A DNA stretch of 27,474 bases from a virus (Duplodnaviria > Caudoviricetes). Positions 9,265 through 17,704 of the stretch are shown here, piece after piece. The notes under the pieces were generated by a model that made no database searches, was not told the DNA's origin, and was given only the letters and a program-made list of their open reading frames with translations. Every line of letters begins with the position of its first letter. Position 1 is the stretch's first letter. The translations under genes were made by a program, and so were the position numbers. The DNA lies in IMG/VR virus record IMGVR_UViG_3300017766_000946, positions 1-27,474 of that record; one strand, given 5' to 3'.

Positions 9265-10018
9265 ACTTCCTCCGCAAATACTCAATACTTAAAAACATCT
9301 CATCAAAATGCCCATCCTCCACTTCATTAAGAACAACTAAACCTCTCCAATGTTTGTTGCTTAATTGGTCCATGTAACTTTCATCATGCAGATAATAGCT
9401 ACCACTAATGATAGCACATATAGACTGCCCATCAGCACGTTTACCGTAAGCCACTTGTTTTCCCTGCTGATGACCTGCCACACAAGACATATGCAACTTA
9501 CTAATAATAGCAGCAGGGCTACTAGCGGGTCGCCCCATAGCACCAACAGGCCAGTAGTGATTAAACCCCACACCGTTAATGAATACAGGATGGAGAAAAT
9601 CATGTACTTCCCAATCGTTTTCATAACCTAAGTCCTTTGTACTGATTAATCCTTCTAATGTAGGATTGTTATTTACTGCTCTGTTAATACGATTCTCATG
9701 ATTACCTAACAGCATCACCATCCGTGGTCGATATTGTTTTTCTTTATTTCGTTTTTGCTTGGCTTGAAATTCTCTAAGAGGAGACAGCAAAATATCCATA
9801 GCTTGTCTCGTAACATCAACATCTGTCTTATAACGTAAGCCTTCAAAGTATTTACTCCCTTTAGTATCATGCGTTGATAAGCTAGGCATGTCTGCAAAGT
9901 CACCCATGTTCATAACTACATCAGGTTTATAATCTACTATTGCTTTACCTGCCCATGCTAGATGTTCTAATGGCACACCTGCTTTAACCTGACAATCAGG
10001 CACAACTAAAATCCTCAT
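9251..10018 (-). CDS. Calcineurin-like metallophosphoesterase, 255 aa
   Basis: Motifs PDCQ, MGDFAD, LGNHE, NHY and AGHQQ. The ATG at 10018 has a GGAG RBS and overlaps the upstream HNH stop (ATGA). Confidence 0.9.
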   Translation of the reverse strand: MRILVVPDCQVKAGVPLEHLAWAGKAIVDYKPDVVMNMGDFADMPSLSTHDTKGSKYFEGLRYKTDVDVTRQAMDILLSPLREFQAKQKRNKEKQYRPRMVMLLGNHENRINRAVNNNPTLEGLISTKDLGYENDWEVHDFLHPVFINGVGFNHYWPVGAMGRPASSPAAIISKLHMSCVAGHQQGKQVAYGKRADGQSICAIISGSYYLHDESYMDQLSNKHWRGLVVLNEVEDGHFDEMFLSIEYLRRKYEVS

Positions 10019-10410
10019 TGTATATTCTCCATAATCCAACGTGCAAATAATAGTAATTCTTTATTTGTTGCACTACTTTTCATATTGTTAGCTAACATAG
10101 ATATTACCTGTATATTACCTTTTACATATCCTAATTCTGGTATAATTCTATCTATACTTGCAGAAGAAATAGTGCCGCCATGTTTACCTACATTTTTAGT
10201 TAAAGTTATTCCTAATATAGGACAAGTATTTGGTATTAATATATCCTCTACTTGTATATTAAAAGGTATGTTTTTCTTTTTAGCTCTATTTCTAGCTGAT
10301 GCTAATAACATTTGTTCAGGATTGCGTTTCCTATAATCAGCATGGTATTCTACGGAAGATACTCCTTTGTATATATACTTTTTCTCATCAGGTATTACTA
10401 GTATTCTCAT
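10015..10410 (-). CDS. HNH/His-Me finger homing-type endonuclease (same family as 4767-5252)
   Basis: CPILG...ASIDRIIPELGYVKGNIQVISMLANNMKSSAT.KEL.LFA.WI aligns by eye with 4767-5252. Confidence 0.8.
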   Translation of the reverse strand: MRILVIPDEKKYIYKGVSSVEYHADYRKRNPEQMLLASARNRAKKKNIPFNIQVEDILIPNTCPILGITLTKNVGKHGGTISSASIDRIIPELGYVKGNIQVISMLANNMKSSATNKELLLFARWIMENIQ

Positions 10411-10646
10411 TAGTTAACTCCAAAATGTTTCTTAATGTGGTGGGTAATAAGATCACACAAATCTATTCCATCTGCGTTACCAGAATCAAATTCTTTAATG
10501 CTATCGGACACCTTTGTTACCTTACTAACACATTCCTTCACAATCAACTCGGCAAACCGCTCAATAAACTTTGTTTGTTCTTCCCAAGAATCACCTTGAG
10601 TTTTTTCAGCAGCCTGCACCCAAAGTTCTTTAATTCGTTCATTCAT
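10410..10646 (-). CDS. Hypothetical phage protein (MNERIKEL...FAELIV.EC...HF type)
   Basis: Paralog of 10830-11078; overlapping start and stop codons with neighbours. Confidence 0.7.
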   Translation of the reverse strand: MNERIKELWVQAAEKTQGDSWEEQTKFIERFAELIVKECVSKVTKVSDSIKEFDSGNADGIDLCDLITHHIKKHFGVN

Positions 10647-10804
10647 GTCGGCTTCCTTCCTTCTTCGTATTCTTCGCGCCCATCCATGCTTCTATGTACG
10701 TACAAGTCATACTCCTCGTCGTACTCCGGTCTGCACCAGCAAAATGCACCTTTATCAGTTTCATGTTCGCGCAAATCGTTTAGCGGGTAAGTGTGCATTG
10801 TCAT
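10643..10804 (-). CDS. Small putative metal-binding protein, 53 aa (H...CWCRP...H)
   Basis: AGGAG RBS before the ATG at 10804; His/Cys pattern. Confidence 0.6.
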   Translation of the reverse strand: MTMHTYPLNDLREHETDKGAFCWCRPEYDEEYDLYVHRSMDGREEYEEGRKPT

Positions 10805-10829
10805 GTGTTCTTCTCCTTTAGCTTTGTTG

Positions 10830-11078
10830 TTATGGCGCGGGTATATCCCCAACTTCAAAATGTTCAGCAATAAATTTTCTAACAGTAATTGCCCCCGATG
10901 CCTCAACATCACAATCATGAGTCACAAAACTCATCTCTGTAACCTCACACATACGCATACATTCCAGCACAATCAACTCGGCAAACTTTTCAAGATGGAT
11001 TAACGCACTGGGATGAAACGGTTTTGCATCAGTAATTCCATAAGCTTTATTAGCAAGTTCTTTTATATTCTTGTTCAT
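10830..11078 (-). CDS. Hypothetical phage protein, paralog of 10410-10646
   Basis: MNKNIKEL...FAELIVLEC...EHF; GGAGG RBS. Confidence 0.7.
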   Translation of the reverse strand: MNKNIKELANKAYGITDAKPFHPSALIHLEKFAELIVLECMRMCEVTEMSFVTHDCDVEASGAITVRKFIAEHFEVGDIPAP

Positions 11079-11905
11079 TCTGTAACCTCCATCACTCTAG
11101 GTGTATCTACTACATCAACTAAGAATTCTGGACCATTGCTATATAAGAATGTACGCATCTCAGGGAAGCATTCTTTCTTGTATGCACAATAGCCACATGT
11201 TGTACACAACTTAGTGTTCTTGCTTGTCTTACTTTGAGGCACTACATCTAAGCGTTTGATAGTAGTTACATCAGGTTCGCTAACTGTTTCAACAGCTTGT
11301 TCAGCTTGCATCTTGAACAAAGACTTATTAACTTCTATAGGATAGTAGTTTACATGTCCTAGTTCTTTTTGAATAGTAAGAAAACCAGCAGAGTTATGAT
11401 TAAGAGCAGTAGCATATCCGTTTAATTGTTGGTAGTAACCGAATGGATCATCAACTAATCCATGCTTAAATTTTTCTTCGGAATATTTAGTGACGCTTTT
11501 AACGTCAACTACAACACCATCTATGATAGCGTCTATCTTTCCTCGAACAATCCAACTATCACCAATCTCATACACTGCACGTTCCTGCTTACTAGTAACG
11601 CTATGACCTGCATCTGCTGCTACATTCAATGCAAGTTCTTCTAAGATATCTCCATAGAAGAATTTCAATAATGTATTACCATCATACTTAGCTGACACAT
11701 CAGGCTGATTGTAGTTAAACCACAGTTTACGCTGACATGGTGTGCCTATCTCACTGAAGTATAATACCTTCTCTTCTCTGATCTTAGGCTCTGTCTTAAA
11801 CCACTTGCTATAGTCTACTTGTACCTGATTGTTAGCCGTAGAAGGGGCTAATCCCCCCTCTACAAGCTTGTACATATCAGACACTAATGTGTCGATAGTT
11901 TTCAA
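11075..11905 (-). CDS. PD-(D/E)XK Cas4/RecB-like exonuclease
   Basis: YFSEIGTPCQRKLWF, GKIDAIIDGVVVDVKS, QLNGYA and C-terminal Cys cluster CTTCGYCAYKKEC. Confidence 0.85.
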   Translation of the reverse strand: MKTIDTLVSDMYKLVEGGLAPSTANNQVQVDYSKWFKTEPKIREEKVLYFSEIGTPCQRKLWFNYNQPDVSAKYDGNTLLKFFYGDILEELALNVAADAGHSVTSKQERAVYEIGDSWIVRGKIDAIIDGVVVDVKSVTKYSEEKFKHGLVDDPFGYYQQLNGYATALNHNSAGFLTIQKELGHVNYYPIEVNKSLFKMQAEQAVETVSEPDVTTIKRLDVVPQSKTSKNTKLCTTCGYCAYKKECFPEMRTFLYSNGPEFLVDVVDTPRVMEVTE

Positions 11906-11906
11906 T

Positions 11907-12401
11907 TTACTCTCCTGAAGCCATTAGTTCTGCTGCCATAGCATCATTATCACCGCAGCTATATGCTTCAAACATCTTAGCAATTTCTATGATTGTGTTA
12001 GCTAATTCTACTTCGTTACGCACTTCTTTAGACTTGCTTTGCATATCTGCAATAAGCTTAGTAGCGTTAGTGATAGAGTTCTGACGTACAATTGCACGAT
12101 CACCATGTAACGGTGGAATAGGAAACACTTTAGTAGGTGGTGTGTAAGACTTGGTAGGTGCTGCACTAGCTGCAGGTGCTGCTGCTCCTGAACCTTTCTT
12201 AATCATACGCACAGACACTGGGTCTACTTGCTTACCATAAGTGCTCTCAGTGAATTGGAAATCAATCTCATCACCAATAGCGAATGTAGGTTTCTTAAAG
12301 CCATAAGAGAAACGCTCACCGTTAGCCATAATGGTATAAGCAGGTTTCGGACCAAATTTAGTATTAACATCTTTGGTAGTAATGTTTTCAATAATGTACA
12401 T
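11907..12401 (-). CDS. Putative single-stranded DNA-binding protein
   Basis: Beta-rich OB-fold-like N-terminus, Ala/Pro linker, position between polymerase and exonuclease (inference). Confidence 0.5.
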   Translation of the reverse strand: MYIIENITTKDVNTKFGPKPAYTIMANGERFSYGFKKPTFAIGDEIDFQFTESTYGKQVDPVSVRMIKKGSGAAAPAASAAPTKSYTPPTKVFPIPPLHGDRAIVRQNSITNATKLIADMQSKSKEVRNEVELANTIIEIAKMFEAYSCGDNDAMAAELMASGE

Positions 12402-12410
12402 GTTTATTCC

Positions 12411-14312
12411 TTATAAAGTAAGTTCATATTTTTCTTGCCAATTCAAACCTTCTTCTACACCTACAGATAACTTACATGGAAAATCTATACCAAATATTTT
12501 CTTTAAGTTATCTGGTGCTGCTTCTAATACGTTTTTAGCAATTACAGCAGCATCATACAACATACTTTCATGTACGTCAAGTACAACACTATCATGCACA
12601 GTCATTACTAATAACGCTTTATCACTAACACCTGCTTCTTCTAACGCTCGTTGTAATAACCCAACAGACATAGGAACAACATCACCAGTAGCAAATCCTT
12701 GAATAGGCCAGTTCTTAAGTTCGGTAGGAGAGAATGACATACCTCCCTTATATTCATTAGGATATTTATTAAATACATAATGTCTACCTGTAGGGCTTGC
12801 ATGATAATAAATATATTCAGGATTAGGCTTGTCTTCGCTGTATCTTACAATAGCATTCTTCTCTGCTTGTTTAGTTATGTCTTCATGGTATTGTTTCACT
12901 CCTTTATATCTGCTGTAGAATGTGTCAATAAATTTCTTAGCTGTAGCTCTATCACAACCGCTTTGCGCCATAAGTGTAGCAACTCCACCTCCGTACACAA
13001 GGAGGAAGCTAAATCGTTTAAATGGTTTCCGTTCTTCATTAGTAGGATATCTACCATACATTTCCCTATATAGTTCTTTATGCATGTCACGACCTGCATT
13101 AATGTCTTCAATCAACTGCTTATCATTAGCTATGTATGCTAGTGCAACCATCTCTAACTGTGAGTAGTCAAGTTCTAATATTCTACCATCATCACCAAAT
13201 CTACTGATGTAGGCTTTCTTAACACCACCTTCATCTGTTTGATTCTGCAGATTAGGATTAGTACCAGATAGTCTACCTGTCTTAGTAGCACAATGATTAA
13301 GATTAGGATATATCATATCACTAGGGAATCTAAGACCTAGTAAACCTTCGTAATATGTTTCCTTTATCTTACTTGCGCTACGTATTACTAGTAACAATTC
13401 GGCAACTTCATCACCACATTCTACAAGTTTTGTAAGTATTGCATCATCAACACTAAAGTATCCAGACTTACCAACTTCTGCCATAGGCGCATACTTAGGT
13501 GCGTGTACAATAATTTTCTCTACAAGTTTAGTCTTAGGATTACCATTCTTATAGAGTCCATCGTCAACACGTTCCTTAGTCTTCTCCTCACCACCAAAGA
13601 AATACAATGACACTTTCTTAGGACTTGCATATTCTAAGTCTGGTGCTAAACCATTTAATGATTCTACTGCTTTGCTTATTACTGATTCGTAATAATCCCG
13701 TTGTGTTCTAACATAGTTCCAATCAATACACATACCATTCTTGTTCATAACAATAGTGGCTCTCAGTGCATCCATTTGTGTCCACATCAAAGGCAATACA
13801 CCTAAGTCTTCTGCTTCTTTAAACTGTGCTTCGAATATCTTTTCCGTATTACATACATCGCCACGTAAATATGGCATTAGTTCTTCTCTAGGTATCTCTG
13901 TAGTGTCTATTCCTTTCTTCCAATATTCTTTTACTTTATCGTCTTTTAATGCATCTTTACCTACATATTCTAATGTCAACTCATCTAACGAGGCATATAA
14001 TTGTCTCTGTCCTGACAAGATATATGCTGCAAGCTGAGTGTCCCATATGCGGGGCATAATGTCATTTGTACCACGATAAAGATATAACAGATCAAACTTA
14101 ATATTGTGACCAACAACAACATCAGCTTCATTAACAATGCTCCTTATGTACAGTTCAGGCAAACCATCAGTGCTATAACTCTCGTCATACTCACCATCAG
14201 TATGCTTCCAACCTGCAGCAATGATTTTATTTCCTATCCACATAGGATTAGCTACATGTGTACCAACTGGACACCGTATTGTAGTTTCTAAATCAAGTGT
14301 TAGTATCTTCAT
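12411..14312 (-). CDS. polA: Family A DNA polymerase with 3'-5' exonuclease domain
   Basis: Exo motifs DLETT and HNIKFD; TGRLSGTNPNLQN; motif A DYSQLE; motif B KRFSFLLVYG; motif C VHDS. Confidence 0.95.
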   Translation of the reverse strand: MKILTLDLETTIRCPVGTHVANPMWIGNKIIAAGWKHTDGEYDESYSTDGLPELYIRSIVNEADVVVGHNIKFDLLYLYRGTNDIMPRIWDTQLAAYILSGQRQLYASLDELTLEYVGKDALKDDKVKEYWKKGIDTTEIPREELMPYLRGDVCNTEKIFEAQFKEAEDLGVLPLMWTQMDALRATIVMNKNGMCIDWNYVRTQRDYYESVISKAVESLNGLAPDLEYASPKKVSLYFFGGEEKTKERVDDGLYKNGNPKTKLVEKIIVHAPKYAPMAEVGKSGYFSVDDAILTKLVECGDEVAELLLVIRSASKIKETYYEGLLGLRFPSDMIYPNLNHCATKTGRLSGTNPNLQNQTDEGGVKKAYISRFGDDGRILELDYSQLEMVALAYIANDKQLIEDINAGRDMHKELYREMYGRYPTNEERKPFKRFSFLLVYGGGVATLMAQSGCDRATAKKFIDTFYSRYKGVKQYHEDITKQAEKNAIVRYSEDKPNPEYIYYHASPTGRHYVFNKYPNEYKGGMSFSPTELKNWPIQGFATGDVVPMSVGLLQRALEEAGVSDKALLVMTVHDSVVLDVHESMLYDAAVIAKNVLEAAPDNLKKIFGIDFPCKLSVGVEEGLNWQEKYELTL

Positions 14313-14556
14313 TTACTGCTTCCTTTGTTGACCCAAACAAATCACATAGGTTAAATAAATATTTTCCATCTGGAACAATACTAGTAATGTTTGTATAGTA
14401 GTTATGAGAGATAGCTAATGTACTAGTGTTTATATATACAAACGTATACACATCAGCATCATTACCCATAGCAGGTGACACAATCATTTTACCCCAACCA
14501 TCAGATTCAAGAAACACATCACCAACTTTATAATTGGCTTTTATTTTAGTTTCCAT
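14293..14556 (-). CDS. Hypothetical protein, 87 aa
   Basis: Tiles between helicase and polymerase. Confidence 0.6.
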   Translation of the reverse strand: METKIKANYKVGDVFLESDGWGKMIVSPAMGNDADVYTFVYINTSTLAISHNYYTNITSIVPDGKYLFNLCDLFGSTKEAVNEDTNT

Positions 14557-15809
14557 TTGCTTACATACCTCGCTATTGAAGGGTTAATGTCAACTTCAAA
14601 ACACCCATGCCTATGTGCTTCTAATGTCTCTGCACCACCAAACAATTTATTCTTAGGCACATGTATAAATCTATTTAAATCCATTGCAGGTTCATTACTC
14701 TTACCGATAGTAATGATAGCATCAGCTTCACCAATCTTATCAGTCTTACTACCTCTCAACTGATTCATTTGTATCCACTTCTCACCCTCACCACTACCAT
14801 CTACCTGACTAATAGCAATCACTGGACAATATTCTTTAGCTATATCTCTAGCCCACTCGTATAGTCTACCGATACGCAAATCATCTCTAGCTTCTGTACT
14901 AAATCCATGCACCTTATCTAACTGGTCGAATACAATTAGTGCAGGTTTAAACTCTTCAAACAATGCTGATATCTTATTAACACTCTTGATACCACTATCG
15001 TCATCTAACACTAAGAATCTATTACCTCCTGCTGCTAAAAAGTCTCTCTCAAAGTCATCTGGTACTGTTAATAAATCGCTACTAGTAACACCATGATAAG
15101 CTTGTATAACACGCATCATCACTTTATTACTAGCCTCTTCGTTATTAATCCATACAATGTGTTCATCAGGTTTAATCTGTGAGAGCATATAGCTTGCTTC
15201 ACTAGCCATGAATGTAGTCTTACCTGTCTCTGGTCTAGCTGCTACAATTACAAAGTCTCCCTTACGTAATGGTCCTAGTGCTACATTAAGTTCCTTCAGT
15301 CTCCAATTAAGTCCTTCTTTAGAAACTACACTAGATATATATGACAAACTAGGACTAACAAATACTTTACTCTTATCAACTGTAGCTCCTATCTCTCGTT
15401 TATATTCCTTCAGCATAGGTTCAATACTAGTAAGATCACCTCCCTTACCTGTGCCAATACCTAAACATACATCATAAATCTGTGTAGCATAATCGCTCTC
15501 AATAAGCTTACGCTGTATGTCTTCGATTACTGCTCTCTCTTCTCTCTCTAAACTCTTCTCAAAATTGTCGAATGCTGCTTCATATGACGCTACATCTTTA
15601 ACCTTCTTGCCGCATACAATGTAATAGAATGTTTTAAACTCGTCTAATACAATGTTAGTACGCATAGGATAATTATCATAGTATTGACCAATAACACTAA
15701 ACAAATCTAATGTTATCCTAGATACATTATGTTTCTTTACTAAGTCTTTAAACCTAGTATAGTTTTCTTTACTACTTACTGCTGTTAGTAAATCAATGTC
15801 GTAAGACAT
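14541..15809 (-). CDS. DnaB/SF4 replicative helicase
   Basis: Walker A ARPETGKT, INNEE, Walker B IVFDQL, IAISQ and LRGS...ADAII. Confidence 0.92.
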   Translation of the reverse strand: MSYDIDLLTAVSSKENYTRFKDLVKKHNVSRITLDLFSVIGQYYDNYPMRTNIVLDEFKTFYYIVCGKKVKDVASYEAAFDNFEKSLEREERAVIEDIQRKLIESDYATQIYDVCLGIGTGKGGDLTSIEPMLKEYKREIGATVDKSKVFVSPSLSYISSVVSKEGLNWRLKELNVALGPLRKGDFVIVAARPETGKTTFMASEASYMLSQIKPDEHIVWINNEEASNKVMMRVIQAYHGVTSSDLLTVPDDFERDFLAAGGNRFLVLDDDSGIKSVNKISALFEEFKPALIVFDQLDKVHGFSTEARDDLRIGRLYEWARDIAKEYCPVIAISQVDGSGEGEKWIQMNQLRGSKTDKIGEADAIITIGKSNEPAMDLNRFIHVPKNKLFGGAETLEAHRHGCFEVDINPSIARYVSKWKLK

Positions 15810-15819
15810 TAAATTCTCC

Positions 15820-16641
15820 TTAAAATAAAATCATTTGTTCTAACTTGCTAAAAGGAATTTCTTTAGGTTGCCTTTCTTTCATAACTCTAGTGCCTACTAT
15901 AATCGGTGTGAGTTCCTTAAATAAATCTTTAGCTGCTTTCTCACCTGCTATGTCTTCATCTAACCAAATCAATACTTGTTTGTATTTTCTACGTAGTATC
16001 TCATCTAATGCTTCAGAATGCAACTTCGTTCCTAGTAATGCCATAGTGCTATAGCCTATCTTATTTAGTTTAATAGCACTTAGTAAGTCTTCAGTTAATA
16101 TGATTGAATCATTCATATTAGCTCCACAATTATACGAATAATGCACACTAGTCTTAGTTAAATACTTAGGCGACCTATTAAACTGCCTAATCTGATAGCC
16201 ATTCATTTTACCATCTTGAAATATAGGGATAAATATTCCTTTATTTGATGACCTAATTCTAGCAAATGCTGTCATAGAAGGATCAAACTCATATTGTAAT
16301 AACCATACCTGCTGTTCTAGTGGATAGTCTGCAAAATTAACTGTAGCAATAATGTACTCGCTTATTATAGCGTCTACTACTCCATGTTCTATTTTACCTG
16401 CACCTCTACTAGCGATAGTTTCAAGTTCCTTATTTCTATAGTACCCTGAGTCACCACAGTTATGGCAATGCCATAGATACGCTCCATCGGATTTTCTCAC
16501 ATACAATCTTTGCTTTGTGTCCTCTCCCATGTCACAATCTTCGTGATTAAACTTTAATTGTTCACCATCTGACATATTGTCATAATCAAAACAATTATTG
16601 TCTAATACTTTCTTGGCATTGTAGCCATAAACTGTAGTCAT
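15820..16641 (-). CDS. DNA primase (zinc finger plus TOPRIM)
   Basis: HEDC...CHNC zinc ligands, PKY, ILTED...SAIK, ALLGT and WLDED.AG. Confidence 0.88.
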   Translation of the reverse strand: MTTVYGYNAKKVLDNNCFDYDNMSDGEQLKFNHEDCDMGEDTKQRLYVRKSDGAYLWHCHNCGDSGYYRNKELETIASRGAGKIEHGVVDAIISEYIIATVNFADYPLEQQVWLLQYEFDPSMTAFARIRSSNKGIFIPIFQDGKMNGYQIRQFNRSPKYLTKTSVHYSYNCGANMNDSIILTEDLLSAIKLNKIGYSTMALLGTKLHSEALDEILRRKYKQVLIWLDEDIAGEKAAKDLFKELTPIIVGTRVMKERQPKEIPFSKLEQMILF

Positions 16642-16665
16642 ATATATCCCCTGATGACAGACCTA

Positions 16666-17703
16666 TTATGCACCGAATACTTTATTGTACATTTCTAACA
16701 CAGACTTACTATCGTCTGCTGATAGCTTGCAAAGATAGCACACATTCAAGGCATATGACAACTCATATCGTTGACATTTCTTAGCCCAATTGATAAGCGT
16801 TCTAGGTGACACTGTTAAACCTAGCTTACCGCTATCATAGGCATTACGTACAAGACCTGCAAAGCGTACCATATTCTTGGCTACGTTGTCTGCTACATTA
16901 GTCTTACTAGTAATGATCTTAACCTCATGCGCTTGTGACAGATAATCTAAGCGAATAGTGTTAGTGAAGCGATCAATGGTTGCTGTGTTTTGTATACCTA
17001 CACCTGTGAATGCACCTGTCATATCACCTTGACCTGTAGTATTACCTGCAAATACAAGTCTAAAATCTTTATGCGGATTAACTGTGCGATCATCACTAGT
17101 CCCCGGCTTTTCTTTGAGATATAAATATCCACCGTCTTCTAATAAATTCTGCATACCCATAGCAATTTCTGCGGGCATAAGTTCCCATTCGTCAACTAGG
17201 CACACTGCACCATGCTTTGCTGCTTCTGTAACTGCACCGTCTTCCCACACTGTAGCTCCACCACGTACAACCAGTGTACCGAATAGTGAGGCACTTTCCA
17301 CATCGCCTGACATATTGATACGGATGAATGGTCGATTAAGCATAGCACATACATACTTTATAAGGCTAGACTTACCTGAACCTGTCGGACCTGTTAGTAA
17401 TGTCTTATCACCGTCCTCGATACCTGCTACTAGTAATGCTGCCTGTTCCTGTTGCACTACGTATTCCGTGTCAATATTAGGCACAAGTCTAGCAATGTCT
17501 GGATTACTATTGTCTGGCAAGATAGTCACTGCAAAATCACCTGTTGCAGGTTTATATCCAAACACCTCACTAAATAGTTTCTGATCTTCTGCTACAACCA
17601 CTGGCTTTTTCTCCATCTCAACTGTCGCAACTGCGGGTTTAGTTGGTGTCTTGCCTAAGTGTTCAGCAATAGCTTTTGCTACACGATCATTAACTGCAGT
17701 CAT
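16666..17703 (-). CDS. CobS-like MoxR-family AAA+ ATPase
   Basis: Walker A GPTGSGKS, Walker B CLVDE, H.DFRLVFAGN, DRF and SPRTL; paired with a vWA protein. Confidence 0.88.
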   Translation of the reverse strand: MTAVNDRVAKAIAEHLGKTPTKPAVATVEMEKKPVVVAEDQKLFSEVFGYKPATGDFAVTILPDNSNPDIARLVPNIDTEYVVQQEQAALLVAGIEDGDKTLLTGPTGSGKSSLIKYVCAMLNRPFIRINMSGDVESASLFGTLVVRGGATVWEDGAVTEAAKHGAVCLVDEWELMPAEIAMGMQNLLEDGGYLYLKEKPGTSDDRTVNPHKDFRLVFAGNTTGQGDMTGAFTGVGIQNTATIDRFTNTIRLDYLSQAHEVKIITSKTNVADNVAKNMVRFAGLVRNAYDSGKLGLTVSPRTLINWAKKCQRYELSYALNVCYLCKLSADDSKSVLEMYNKVFGA

Positions 17704-17704
17704 T

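Noticed and set aside
10015-10410. Group I intron or intein in the phosphoesterase gene
   Set aside because: The ORF fills the whole interval, leaving no room for a ribozyme core; it has its own stop and the downstream gene has a complete start and RBS.
11075-11905. Cas4-like nuclease as evidence of a CRISPR-Cas system
   Set aside because: No repeat-spacer array or other cas genes; stand-alone Cas4-like exonucleases are common in phage replication modules.
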